From positions 1-64,000 of the forward strand of contig NIVC01000542.1 of assembly GCA_002269645.1 (NCBI GenBank): DNA of 64,000 bases. The letters are read 5' to 3'. The notes beneath the pieces were generated by a model. It did no database searches. It was not told where the DNA came from and saw nothing but the letters and a program-made list of their open reading frames with translations. The position numbers and the translations under genes were made by a program. This document shows positions 48,979-62,559 of the stretch, piece by piece (positions within the stretch are counted from its first letter, which is position 1; each line of letters begins with the position of its first letter). This DNA comes from Macrostomum lignano. Taxonomy: Eukaryota.

Positions 48979-50444
48979 ATGAACCAGCAATCAAGAGCTT
49001 CGTCCAGAAGCTCTACACGTAGTCCAAAAGCGATGTACATTATGATGTCGTAAGTCTTGATTTTATGTGTTAGAATTGTATAATAACGACTTATGTACCA
49101 TAAACACGTAATTTATCAGCTAATTGCCCTTCTCCCCGAGTAGAGAGACTCCCCGAGACTACAGCGCCATTGGACAGCTAGGCAAGCAAGAACCGTCATT
49201 ATTTTCTGGCCACCCTGGTCGCCGCAACCAGCTGGTGCCGGATTCCTCTATCCTCCAATTGAAGCGCGCCTCACCGTTTAAACAGGCAGTGCAAGGCTCC
49301 CGGCTGCAGGTCAGGAAGGAGAGTCGCGGGCAGGTGAGTCCGGCAGATTGGTCCGATTGAAATACTCAAAGCTCAGTGGAAACGATTGGCTCAACTTAAT
49401 TCCTTATTCAGTCAGAGAAGCCACCGATGCATCCTGGCGAGGGCTTGATGGCCAAGACCGAGATTTCGGTAGACCGGGTCAGGAAGCAAATCTTGCAAGA
49501 CGAAGAGCCTACAAACCCTGGAAGCCGAAAATCTTCAGGTCGACTTCAAAAGGGACAGTGAGTACTAAAAGGGAAGCATGGCAGAGTGGTACAGCATTGT
49601 TATCCCGGGCGAAACAGTCAGTCGTGGCAACAATTTTATCTTAGATCTCTTGCTTGTTGCCACTAGTCAATGCCTATGAATGTCAAGCTCGATAGTATGC
49701 ATGATTCAAGCCATGTCAATTCCGAGGACCACTGTATATACAGTGGTCCTTGGTCAATTCATGGAAAGTTATAGCTGCCGTAAATCCTGTGGTAGTGTGG
49801 TGGAAGACAGAAGAACGCCTTCCACTGGCTGTACATGTAGTTTCCAACTAAAGATGTCGTTGCGCTATTTTCGATCTGCAATATCTGCAATTATACTCCA
49901 TTTTCGCTTTCAGTCTACAACCAATGCGGCTGGCTCGAGTGCACGGGCCCTCCATGCAGCAGTGCTGCGGAATTCTGCCTCGTGAGTTGCTAAAATTCTG
50001 ACTTCCTATGATCAATCTTTGATTGGCCTTCCCGTTTTTGTTCTATCCAGAACTATATTTTGCTTCTATATAGTTTTGAGTCCGATGAAAAGTTTAGAGC
50101 ACATTTTTAAGTGGCCCGCTTGCACCCCGAACCGTGCAGAGAAAGCGGTGAACATTTTCGGCGTGACAGCGACGGTCCAGCGCCACGGTCAGATCATCGC
50201 CAACCTGGACTCGACCCGCCAGATGTACCAGGCCCTCATGAGCCAGTACGCCACGGCTGCGGCGCCGGCTCCGGGCGGGTCAGGCGGGCGCGGCCGGTTC
50301 CGACCTGACACTTCCGAGTCCATGCACCGAACTTCCATCGCCTCCGAGGAGGAGCTCGACGACTCCGGTGATTTTGTCAGCGACGATGAACTCCAGACCG
50401 GCCGTGGCGGCGGCGGCGGCGGCGACAGTTGGCCCTTTGACTAA
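48979..50444 (+). CDS. Possible multi-exon gene of unknown function
   Basis: ATG exon 48979-49049 ends in GTAAGT; an exon-like block at about 49914-49981 is bounded by TTTCAG and GTGAGT; a GC-rich terminal coding-like block at about 50140-50444 reads KAVNIFGVTATVQRHGQIIANLDSTRQMYQAL...DSWPFD*. I could not phase it fully and recognise no family. Confidence 0.3.
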
Positions 50445-51282
50445 CGGCAGTCTCCTAAAGCCTGATGACTCACTGGAATTTGCTGATGTACAGATTCGAC
50501 TTCGTGGGCTGAGAGACGCCTTCAGAAAAAAACTTTTCGTTCACTGCTCAGTAGAGTTAAAAATCAATTCCTGCAATCTTATCTTTGCAGAACAAATGCT
50601 GAAACTGCTGATTTATATTAATGCCTACATGATTCCTGAATCATCTTTTGCTCCACTTTACACCAAGTACAACTGACAGAAGTGCAGATTTATTTACTGT
50701 AAAATCCATGCGTGTCCTAACACACGTGGTTCAAGCGTTTTGTTCTTCATAGATTCTGCATAGAGTAGTCATGATTGAATGGGCGGCGCCTGACAGTTGG
50801 TCACTCACAGCCAAGACCGCCATGAGTGCTCGTCGTATATCTTATAAATTCTCCCATCTTATAGGTGGTGATGGATGCAGCAACCGTGCGACGTTGCCAT
50901 CCAATGCATGCGTAGGTAAACTCTATTTTCAGCAATCTGACAGTTCGCTCGCCTTAAGGTACTTCAGTTTAGTGTAAGCCAGGTACTTTGGCGCTGCCAG
51001 CTAATCAGACGCGCTACTGACCTAATCGGTCCCCTAATTTGAGTCCCCTAACTCATTTTTCACCCAACCATCTATTTTCTCCGAGTGCAGAGTCATTACA
51101 GTCCAGATGTCATTTGTCACGAACCTCACTACACTACTGCACAAGACTGTTCTCACCGCCCATTCTCACTGCGAATCAGGTACGTGTGCAAGCGATTTTT
51201 TTTTTTTTTCGAGAAAGATTGAAATTGTGCGCGAATTCTAAGTGTGAATTTAGCGCTTCATCAGTTTATTTGAATGACAGCC

Positions 51283-53980
51283 TCAGTTGGTATAGAAGGC
51301 GATCTCGCTAATAGAGATGAATTGGCGCTTCTTCCAGAAACTCAGCTCGGCTTTTTTTACCCCATTGGCGACGCAGAAGTCAATCAGCAGGTAGTTGTTT
51401 TTGGTGGCCTTCTTGCCCCTTTTGGAGTCGATGGCGCATTCAAAAGCATTGGGATGGAAGGTGAGTTTTATGTCATACAGCTTATCAATTGGCGATCCGG
51501 CTTTGTTCCAAATCACTACTCTGCGCACGTTGACTGGCACTCGGAAGGCGTATTGGAGAAAGGTGCGCGGATTATACAACCGGTGCTTGACTTGGAACTC
51601 CAAATTGCCCGAGTCGCCGCTCGTTTTCAGGTCGTTATCGATTGTTTGGCGGCACATCTTCACTGCCGTTTCTCCAAAACGCCTCAAAGGATTTTCGCAG
51701 GTTACGTCTGCAACCCTTTCTGAAAAGGATCGGATGGAGTTATTTAACTTGACGCGTTCGACTAGTGAAACACAGCTGCCATGACTTACTCAGGCACTTG
51801 CTGCCCTTGAGAGCGACTTCGGAATCGGGGCACACATCGCGGGTGCACTTCTCTGCACCAGGTTCACTCGAGCTACCAGCAGGACATGCGGTACATTTCG
51901 ATGCTCCAGTTGACGCGAATGTCCCGGCCTTGCAGCTGGTACACTTCTTCGCACCTGGTCCACTTGAGCTACCAGCAGGACATGCGGTACATTTGGATGC
52001 TCCAGTTGACGACGCGAATGTTCCGGCCTTGCAGCTGGTGCACTTCTTCGCACCTGGTCCGCTCGAGCTACCAGCAGGACATGCGATACACTTTGATGCT
52101 CCAGTTGACGCGAATGTCCCGGCCATGCAGCTGGTGCACTTCTTCGCACCTGGTCCGCTCGAGCTACCAGCAGGACATTCGGTACATTTCGATGCTCCAG
52201 TTGACGACGCGAATGTTCCGGACTTGCAGCTGGTACACTTCTTCGCACCTGGTCCGCTCGAGCTACCAGCAGGACATTCGGTACATTTCGATGCTCCAGT
52301 TGACGACGCAAATGTTCCGGACTTGCAGCTGGTACACTTCTTCGCACCTTCGCCACTCGAGCTACCAGCAGGACATTCGGTACATTTCGATGCTCCAGTT
52401 GACGACGCGAATGTCCCGGCCATGCAGCTGGTGCACTTCTTCGCACCTGGTCCGCTCGAGCTACCAGCAGGACATTCGGTGCATTTCGATGCTCCAGTTG
52501 ACGACGCGAATGTTCCGGCCATGCAGCTGGTGCACTTCTTCGCACCTGATCCGCTCGAGCTACCAGCAGGACATTCGGTACATTTCGATGCTCCAGTTGA
52601 CGACGCAAATGTTCCGGCCTTGCAGCTGGTGCACTTCTTCGCACCTGATCCGCTCGAGCTACCAGCAGGACATTCGGTACATTTCGATGCTCCAGTTGAC
52701 GACGCAAATGTTCCGGACTTGCAGCTGGTGCACTTCTTCGCACCTGATCCGCTCGAGCTACCAGCAGGACATTCGGTACATTTCGATGCTCCAGTTGACG
52801 ACGCAAATGTTCCGGACTTGCAGCTGGTACACTTCTCTGCACCAGGTTCACTCGAGCTACCAGCAGGACATTCGGTACATTTCGATGCTCCAGTTGACGA
52901 CGCGAATGTTCCGGCCTTGCAGCTGGTGCACTTCTTCGCACCTGGTCCGCTCGAGCTACCAGCAGGACATTCGGTACATTTCGATGCTCCAGTTGACGAC
53001 GCAAATGTTCCGGCCATGCAGCTGGTGCACTTCTCCGCACCTGGTCCACTCGAGCTTCCAGCAGGACATTTTTTGCAGTTGGCTTGACCGGCCTGAGAGG
53101 CGAAGCTACCAGAGGAGCACGGAGCACAGGTCGCGGCGCCAGCGGTCGCAGAGAATCCGGCCTTGCAGCTGGTGCACTTTACCGCACCTTCGACACTCGA
53201 GCTGCCAGCGGAACACTTGCTGCAACCTGTTGCTCCGGCTTCACTGGCAAAGTATCCAGCTGAACACGGGGTGCAGGTCGATGATCCGGTTGCTGAGGCG
53301 AATGTCCCGGGCTTGCAGCTGGTACAACGCGCTGCACCTGGTCCACTCGAGCTGCCTGTCGGACACGGAGTGCAGCCAGTGGATCCTTCCGGCGAGAATG
53401 CGCTGAAAGTTCCTGCCATACAGACGCGGCATTTTCTGTTGCCTTCAAAGCTTTTTGCGTTGCCAGCGCTGCATGGAACGCACAGTGTTTTATCTTTGTC
53501 GCTAGGCTCGTAGCCTTTCGGACACTCGGAGAAGCACTGCGCACTTTTGCAGGTGGAAGTGGTGCACGCGATTCGCACTTTGTCGCACTTATCCGCCGTT
53601 CCTTTCAGCTGGTTGTTCTTCGGCTCCGTTGTCGAACCATTGTGCACTTGAAAATTCACGAACGTTGCCGACTTTCTGTCCTTGGTGGCGTCGAAATTGA
53701 AGTAGGAGAATTCGGAACTCCTGCCGTTGGCCCGATACTTGTGGGCTGACTTCCCAGTCTTTTTGCCGTTGGCTAGCAGGTTCTGGTTCTTCAGGCCTTC
53801 CATCAGGTTGCTGAAGTCTTTGATCACCGAGTTCGCAATGCTACCGAGTAGCTGCTTGATGCGCGGTGCAGTGCTGTTTGTTTTAGAAGCTTTGGGCGGC
53901 TCGGATCGGGCAGTTGATGCAGCCTCACACGGTGAAGCTGCAAGCATCATGGCCAGCAGCACCAGGTATTTGAGGTTCAT
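51283..53980 (-). CDS. Secreted cysteine-rich repeat protein (CxxCxxG repeats) with a C-terminal discoidin/galactose-binding-like domain, 875 aa
   Basis: Signal peptide MNLKYLVLLAMMLAASPCEA. Exon 1 is 53980-51790, followed by a 70-nt GTAAGT...TTTTCAG intron (51789-51720, phase 1) and exon 2 51719-51283 (KRVADVTC...ISEIAFYTN*). Total 2628 nt; AATAAA on the minus strand at 51270-51265. Confidence 0.85.
51850..53060 (-). repeat. Coding tandem repeat, 99-bp (33-aa) unit CTSCKAGTFASSTGASKCTECPAGSSSGPGAKK, about 12 copies
   Basis: Direct reading; 96-bp variants lose one Ser and keep the frame. Confidence 0.95.
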
Positions 53981-56900
53981 TTTGACTGACTTTGTTTGAA
54001 TTCAAAGACGCTCTAAATTGCTTTTCTATTTTTGAAAAAATATCTTAACTCTAATTTAGCTTTTCAAAATACCTCAACTCGTTGCTTAAATAGTGAGTAG
54101 CTTTTGTTGAAAAATGAATTACAAGAATTGAAAGAGCTTTGCTGATCTGCATTGCATGAATTCTCCGCATTCCATTAACCATTGGTGCATTTTACGAAAT
54201 TAATCTTTAAAGTTTTACCAAAAACGCTTTAAAAATTCAGAATTAAAAGTTTTAACTTTTTAGAAAAAGTTTTTTGCATTTTCGGCATTCGAATTGTAGC
54301 TTTTAGAATTCCTTAAATTATTTTATCTGAGACCGGAAGCCCGCTTCAGAGCTTTTCTCCCAGCTGCTTCTGTTTTTTTGCTTTGATAACGCTTATTTAG
54401 CTCTCTAATCCCACCGCCTCCCATCCTGACCCCCTCTAATCTCACTTGTCTGATCTCCCCCACTTTACTCCTTTCTATAATCTGAGCCTCTCTAATCTCA
54501 CTTCTCCTAAACTCCCCTCTCTAATCCATTTTCCTGTCTGGGCCTGTCTAATCCCAGATCCTCCCCATTTCACCTGTCGAATCCCACCTTGCTATAACTC
54601 TGACCTTTTCTAATAACGTTTTTTTAATCCAAACTTTTTATCTGAAACGAGAAACTTGAAGCCGAGATGTCACTTGCGACCATCAGCTGGTTGGTCTTCG
54701 ATATGTTTTGATATGATATAAATGTATAATATATTATAGCTTTCTGCAGCCCATTTGGGCCTTCGCGCATAGAATTGAATCCAAGATAGGTTTGCTAATG
54801 TAACGAAGCTTTTGTCTATGGTAGCAAGGCTGGCACAGCGGCTTTTAATTTGGTCCGACAAGCATCAATTTGGTCCACAATGATATATTCTTCTGCACTA
54901 TTTTTGAGTGTTAATGTTATTAGCGTAATGACATTGTTTAGCAATTTGACGATCATTATTCGCATTTTTTATGCAGAACTGCCTACCGGCGCTCGCCAGA
55001 CAATCGTTGTCATGCACCGGGACCGCTGATTATGTATCCCCCCACTTGCCCCGGGCGAACGTCTATGGTTTCAGTGTAAATTTCATTTATTTGCATCGGT
55101 GCAGATAAACGGTTTATTTCACTCGCCCAAAGACAATATTAAAACGCTGCTTCTAACTGCTCAATTGGCTACATAGAGAGAGTTGTATAGAAATAGAGAG
55201 GTATACAGACCACAGACATCAAATCATTTTTTAAAATTGTCTTAACGTTCTTAAATATGGGGGTTCTGCCCCCACACCCCCGCAAGGGGGCTGGGCGCCC
55301 CCTTGACCCCGCTTTCCCTGTTACGCTGCTTCTACTTTTAAGTGGTGCAGGATGCATCACATATTCCCCATTAATACCAAGTGTCTAGGGGAATAATGAA
55401 GAATATATACAATTTATCCATTAATACTCAAAAATAGTGCAGTAGAAACATTGCTATGCGCTTTCGTCTATGGCATTAGTTGACGCCGGAAGGAGTCGAG
55501 GAGGGGGGAGAGTGAGAATGGGGGTGTGGGGCAAAGCCCCCACTTTTACAATGAAAAGTAGATAAATTTTAGTCTATGGCCCACATCGACATTAATATGC
55601 ACTGTAGTTTTTTGACCCCATAAAGAGGGAGACAGAAGGTTTAAGAAAACTGAGTAGAAAGACAGCAGATTTGATTGCTTGCATCTTTCATTTACGCAAA
55701 CGAAATCGCCATGGCTGACGCTGAGCCAACTACAGTGGCAGAAGTTCTGCCTCCTCTATTTAACCACGGAGCTATGCCGAATGGTGAGATATCAGGAGTA
55801 ACATCCGGCGAGTTCGACTTGATTTGCACGTCATTCGATCATGCCCAAGGTCATTAGACAGTCGAGATGCAGCGAACCGCTATAGATTCTCCGAGAAAAA
55901 CTGCTCGAGGCTTTCGCTATCTTCATGAGTTTATGAAGAACGTCAGTGAGAAAGCAGGCCTTACTAAGGTGTACACCGACCGCTGCATATGGTAGGTAGT
56001 TTGACCTGTGCTTTTTCCCATCATATTCATAATGTTTTTCTGTAAACACCTTTGCATCTACGAGCGTAGATTAATCAGTTGCCAACTTTTCTTAAACTGC
56101 AGAGTAACTACATGTAGAGCGTGCCACCTGGATGCCTGTGGCCAGACTATTCAGGAGACCTTGCTCATCACTGGGCGAAAGTGTGAGCGAACTGTTAAGC
56201 GCTACTTATCGAGGCGACGTGGGACATCTCTGGCTGTGGATCAGGCGCTGAATCATGCAGTTTCCGAAACTAATGTCAATAAGATCGTTAAGCTAGCTCG
56301 TCCAAAATCCTTTTTGAGTGACGTTTCTGTGTAGGCCTGGTATTAACTGATTAACATACGATTTCTTTGTTGATGTTACAGGATTGTACTGAAACACAGG
56401 GCTTAATGCCCTGAATATGCGCCGTAGTACATTCGGCCTTTCTTTTGCCGATGTCTGCTTGGCCACGTTTAACTTTATATTTATTTTACTTATTTCGAAG
56501 CGGTTTGCCTTTAGTTAGGCTCTTGTGCTCAATACTGGCAAATAAAATAGTCTATGATCATGCTTCGGTTAAAAATAAACTTAAATCTGCTCGGGCAACA
56601 GCCAGCCCGCAGCACCTCCCCACTTCAAAAGTTTACAGTTCATTCTTTGAAATGTACTCTTGGCTTAGTCAACAGTCTTTCACTTCTCCGAGGTTGCGGT
56701 TGCTGCTGCTCCGCTCCTGCACCGGCTCTGGTTCTCCAGGGAACGTATCTGGAAGTTGATCCACCTCACTAGCACCGTCAGCAACCAGTTGTTCCGAGCC
56801 AGTGCTCTTGTCGCCACCAGACTGAAAACAGTTTTTGATGTTTTTCTAACATAAAAAAATAAAGTTTACCCTCTGTTATTGTTTAGATTGCGGTTGCGTG

Positions 56901-57789
56901 TTAATGTCCAAAATGACATTAACACGCATCCCACGCGCGTGTTATTGTCACCAAAAGTGCATAGCAATGCTTCATTAGCAACTGCTGCAGAGAAGCAAGA
57001 TCAGACCCAAAATTGTGGAACATGTGCTGGGCTGTCGAACTGATGCCATTGGCTTCTTGATCGAAGCACTCGACAGAGGTGAACACCTAAAGGACATGCA
57101 AAGGGTTGCAAAAAGCTACAGTTCCCTTCGTAGCGACTCCAGCAAGCGTCAGCGCAGGGCCGCGGGTTCACCTTTCTGGATATCCGGGCTCATCAGCTAA
57201 ACACAGACTGGCACCTGCAGCCGCATCAGCTCTGTTTGCTCATTTGCTCTCTCAGGGTTGGCTGCAGTTGTTGTCCGGGGCAACCAGATTAGAGCAAAAC
57301 CGAGCCAGCCGCACACGTTGGCTGAAATTTCCCGGCTTTGCCCCACAAAGCATGAGCAGCGATTCAGCCACTGACTTCGCCTCCTTCTGATTCAGCCACA
57401 GATTTCTTAATCTTATCTCGCTGCTAGCTTTGCTGCTATCAAAGCAGCGGCTTTAGAGCAAGAAGAGCAAGAAGTTCTCTCAAGGCTGAACTTCGCTGCA
57501 TCCGCAGAGGTGCAGGCAGTGCGGGGCCACCTCAGCAGCTTTGCCACCTGAGAGGCGGCTGTTTGCACACGGGCAGGAACTGCAAACTGCTGGACCACCG
57601 AAGCCATTCGCCTGCCAGCCTCCCCTGTGCGTCTTCTCAGCCTCTCCGCCTCATCTGCCACCCATTCTCAGCGATTCCAGCCTCCGCCTGTTGACTCTCT
57701 TCGCCATCCCCCAACAAAACTGGCTTACTAAACTCTGCTCAAACATTTCCCCTTCAATTTTCCTAACATCCCAGAGCCCCGTGAGGCAG

Positions 57790-60700
57790 CATGTACCAGG
57801 AATTCCTGCAGCAGAACTCGGCAGTTTCGACCCCCAGAAGCTGCGGCGAGGGACCTTCAAGCAGCCCGCCAGCTGACGCTGAGGATGAAGCTGAAGTGTC
57901 CGAGATTGCCTCGACCGATGAAGCGCAGGCGCCCGAATCTGGGGTGAGTTTTTAGCTGCAGTCATGGCGGACATGTGCTTAAATGGCAGATTTTTGTGGA
58001 TGGTTGGCTGCAGTATGAGCTATTCGGAGTTCACGTACTTGCACAACCGGAGTTCACGTACTTGCACAACCGGAGTTCACGTACTTGCACAACCGGAGTT
58101 CACGTACTTGCACAACCGGAGTTCACGCACTTGCACAATCGGAGTTCACGCACTTGCACAACCGGAGTTCACGCACTTGCGCAACCGGAGTTCACGCACT
58201 TGCACAACCGGAGTTCACGCACTTGCACAATCGGAGTTCACGCACTTGCACAACCGGAGTTCACGCACTTGCACAACCGGAGTTCACGCACTTGCACAAT
58301 CGGAGTTCACGCACTTGCACAATCGGAGTTCACGCACTTGCACAACCGGAGTTCACGCACTTGCACAACCGGAGTTCACGCACTTGCACAACCGGAGTTC
58401 ACGCACTTGCACAACCGGAGTTCATGCACTTGCGCAACCGGAGTTCACGCACTTGCACAACCGGAGTTCACGCACTTGCACAACCGGAGTTCACGCACTT
58501 GCACAACCGGGGTTCACGCACTTGCACAATCGGAGTTCACGCACTTGCACAACCGGAGTTCACGCACTTGCACAACCGGAGTTCACGCACTTGCACAATC
58601 GGAGTTCACGCACTTGCGCAACCGGAGTTCACGCAATTGCACAACCAGAGCTCATGATCACTCGTAATCAGCACCAATATTTTTCTCATCAAATCAGGAT
58701 CCTCCATCACCGTCTCCGCCCCCGGCTCCTCCGCCACCTCCGCTGGGAGCGCGGGACATTGATCCTGGTGACATCCACGATGAGGACTGGGAGCTTCGGC
58801 CCCCCGTGGTGCTGCTTCCAGGCGGCCGCGATCGCGGCGGCGGATACCGGCGGAGCCACCTGGCCGCCTCCGATGACGAGAACGACTTCTCGTCCGAATA
58901 CCTGGACGAGGAGGGAGCGTCCATCGAACCAAGCGATCAGGTGCGCATTGAAACTGTTTTTTGTGTGCTGAAGTTTCTGACGAGCTCGCAAATAGCGGCA
59001 AATTTGCGCTTTTCGCTACTTTCAGTAGATGACACAGATTTAGATATTTTTGTCCATGGCCATCGTACACTTCATCTAATTGTTTTTAGTAAAAGGTAAA
59101 CAACAGATATTTAAAAAGGTACCTAAAAATGACACCGATTAAGAATCAACTAGACGCCTGTAAGATTCGATTAGATGGCTGTAAGATCAAATTAGACGGC
59201 TGTAAGATCCGGTTAGACGGCTGTAAGATCCAATTAGACGGCTATAAGATCGGGTTAGACGGCTGTAAGATTCGATTAGACGCCTCTAAAATCCGATTAG
59301 ATGGCTGTAAGAATCAATTAGGCGCCTCTAAAATCCGATTAGACGGCTCTAAGATCCGTTTAGGCTTGTACATACATACATACATATAAACTTTTCAGGT
59401 TTGGTTATATAGAGATTTCACACTTTTCTCATTTATAACAAATTTGGATATTTCAACGACAATTAAAAAAGTTTGCCTAATTGCCGGCAAAGGCTTGAAA
59501 GGGAATGTCTCGAAGAACATTATACTTCGCAATATGCATCAAACCACTTCTTCACTTGGCCTTGGGGCGAATCAATTATTCAGCTTTTATCGCCATCGCT
59601 TAGTTACCAGACCGCTGTGCCGACTGCAGCGCACAATGCGCGCAATCCAACCTGGCGGCTAGCGGTGAGCAGGGGAAGCTGAGGCTGAGGCAGAAACGTG
59701 GTGGGGAGGGGGGCAGGTGAGGAGCCTGGCTGGGTGGGAGGCCGGGAGAACAATGCTATTGCTTGTGAAGCAAGGAGTTGTTGCTCTAGCAGACTTGAGT
59801 ACAGCGGCTGCAGGCGGCTCAGGCCTGGTCTACCCAGCAGTGCAGCAGAGCAGGACAGGAATGGAGAGCTGGGGACAGAGGGGATATTTTAGATGCAGGC
59901 CGGAGGGGGGGAAATAATCCCAGAATCTGAACGGGAAGGAAACTGATGGGCGACAGAACCGCCCAGAAGGAGAGAGCAACAAGGCAGAGCTGGCTGGAGC
60001 AGCGCTCCAATTCGACACGGCGATAAAAGCCACTCGAGCAGCTGAGCAAGCGCGGCAATTTTAGGCCTGAGCGCATTGCATGTATTCCGCCCTGCGGCTG
60101 CGACTGACTCCAACACCTGCTGCTGCTGCTCAGAGCCACAAGGAGGTGAGAGCTGGGAGTAAAAGGAACTCTGCATCCCGAATTCGCTGGCCACTGCTGA
60201 GGGTTGGACTTGCACGTGAGAATATCTGGCACCAATCTGAATTCAATGCCATTGTCATTTATTTATGAGGCTAACTGCGGTGATTGCGATGAGCTCATTT
60301 CTTGGAATAATTTTATTACTTACTTACTTACTCACTCACTCACTCACTCACTCACTCACTCACTCACTCACTCACTCACTCACTCACTCACTCACTCACT
60401 CACTCACTCACTCACTCACTCACTCACTCACTCACTCACTCACTCACTCACTCACTCACTCACTCACTCACTCACTCACTCACTCACTCACTCACTCACT
60501 CACTCACTCACTCACTCACTCACTCACTCGCCAGCCGGCCGCGACCGCAGTCGCTCACTCAGTCGCGGACTTCGAAGCCGCGGCGATGCGCGCAGCTGAG
60601 AGAGCCGCCGACGCGGCCGCCGCTGACCGCCGCTACGTCTTCGTGGCGCAGACTTCGGCCACGTCCCGGACAGAGCAGGACGAAGCAGCCGGGCAGCGCC

Positions 60701-62374
60701 GGGCAGCCCAGAGGCAGCAGCCCAGAGACCTGTCCGACTCCGAGATGGACGACTTCACCGCGCCACCGGCGCACTTCAACGGTGAGCTTCGTTTGAAGTT
60801 GGCTGTCGGGCAATTGCACCTCCGGCTGTGCTCTGCGGCTGTGTGATTTGCATCTGCGGCTGTGATTGCATCTGCGGCTGTGTGATTGCATCTGCGTCTG
60901 TGTGATTGCATCTGCGGCTGTATGATTGCAGCTGCGGCTGTGTGATTGCACCTGCGGCTGTGTGATTTGCATCTGAGGCTGTGATTGCATCTGCGGCTGT
61001 ATGATTGCATCTGCGGCTGTGTGATTGCACCTGCGGCTGTGTGATTGCATCTGCGGCTGTGTGATTGCATCTGCGGCTGTGTGATTGCATCTGCGACTGT
61101 GTGATTGCATCTGCGGCTGTGTGATTGCATCCTGTGATGCATACAGGACTATGAAGGCCAGCCCAGGCCGCTGTGCCTCAAAACTGTGAGCTGCAGCTGC
61201 GCGCAAAATCCTGGCTAGCTTCCAGACGTCACTCTATCCATCACTCCATCCATCACTCTATCCATCACTCCATCCATCAATCCATCCATCACTCTATCCA
61301 TCACTCCATCCATCACTCCATCCATCACTCCATCCATCACTCTATCCATCACTCCATGCATCACTCCATCCATCACTCCATCCATCACTCCATCCATCAC
61401 TCCATCCATCACTCCATCCATCACTCTATCCATCACTCCATGCATCACTCTATCCATCACTCCATCCATCACTCTATCCATTACTCCACTCTATTCATCC
61501 CTCCATGCATCACTCCATCCATCACTCCATCCATCACTCCATCCATCACTCCATCCATCACTCCATCCATCACTCCATCCATCACTCCATCCATCACTCC
61601 ATCCATCACTCCATCCATCACTCCATCCATCACTCTATCCATCACTCCATGCATCACTCTATCCATCACTCCATCCATCACTCCATCCATCACTCTATCC
61701 ATCACTCCATCCATCACTCTATCCATCACTCCATCCATCACTCTATCCATCACCCTATCTATCACTCGATCCATCACCCTATCTATCACTCTATCCACCA
61801 CTCCATCCATCACTCCATCCATCACTCTATCTATCACTCTATCCATCACTCTATCTAGCACTCCATCTGTCTTTGCATCAATCTGTTGATGCAGATCTAC
61901 ATTTTAGAAACAGCTGAGTTCCTCTATCAGCACAAAAATGGAAAGGCAAGGCGGGCTTCGGGCTCCGCGGCCCGGCAGTCCCAATCAAGACGGCATGCTG
62001 AACAGTGGAAAAGAGAAATGGAGCGAAGTGGCGGGCTTCGGGCTCCGCGGCCCGGCAGTCCCAATTACGACGGCATGCTGAACAGTGGAAAAGAGAAATG
62101 GAGCGAAGTGGCGGGGGGGCGGCTGCGCTGGAAGGCGACATTCAGCCGGTGGCGCCAGTTGCCCCTGGCAACAGAGATAAGGGGGCCAGAGCCAAGGGGA
62201 GAATGGAGACGATGGGAAGAGGAGGATGAGGAGGAGATGCTGAGGGACGCTGGATCTGAAGGAGGGGGGGAGGAGGTGGGAGAAAAAGCGACAATTCCGT
62301 ACACTTTTTTTAATTCCCACGGAGGCGGATTTTTCAGCCTCATTGACGAGGAAGACAATGCGACAAAAATTTAA
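57790..62374 (+). CDS. Probable orphan multi-exon gene (low-complexity, acidic/Pro-rich)
   Basis: GC-rich blocks with splice sites: about 57790-57943 (...AQAPESG|GTGAGT), 58698-58940 (DPPSPSP...EPSDQ|GT, phase 0-0), 60535-60781 (phase 0-1) and about 61910-62374 (phase-1 acceptor, ends in a stop). No recognisable domain; intervening exons are uncertain. Confidence 0.4.
58025..58645. repeat. Minisatellite, 23-bp unit (GCACTTGCACAACCGGAGTTCAC), about 27 copies
   Basis: Direct reading. Confidence 0.96.
59150..59365. repeat. Minisatellite, 21-bp unit (TAAGATCCGATTAGACGGCTG), about 10 diverged copies
   Basis: Direct reading. Confidence 0.88.
60318..60529. repeat. (CTCA)n microsatellite preceded by (TTAC)3, ending at an acceptor
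   Basis: Direct reading. Confidence 0.97.
60825..61130. repeat. Minisatellite, about 20-bp unit (GCGGCTGTGTGATTGCATCT)
   Basis: Direct reading. Confidence 0.92.
61230..61860. repeat. 12-bp unit repeat (CCATCACTCCAT)
   Basis: Direct reading. Confidence 0.95.
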
Positions 62375-62559
62375 TTTCGATGCTCATCCGTGAGGAGCAG
62401 CTTGAGAGGCTGAATTAATTTTCCTATCGATTACTGGGAAACAACATTTGGCCCGTAAATTTGTTCTGTGCAGGTACGAATGACAAGTACAGAGCCAGAC
62501 ATTTATGACTCATCTACCGATTCAAAGTTATAGAGTGACAGACAGAGTGACAGATCGAG

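Noticed and set aside
51765-53406. Plus-strand 440-aa and 506-aa ORFs and the alternative minus frame over the second Cys-rich gene
   Set aside because: Shadows of the 99-bp coding repeat; the signal-peptide-bearing frame explains the region.
55700-56340. Possible coding fragments (…ARGFRYLHEFMKNV…, …ACHLDACGQ…) of a transposon-associated gene
   Set aside because: Interrupted by stops, with no diagnostic catalytic motif, so I cannot name a family without a search.
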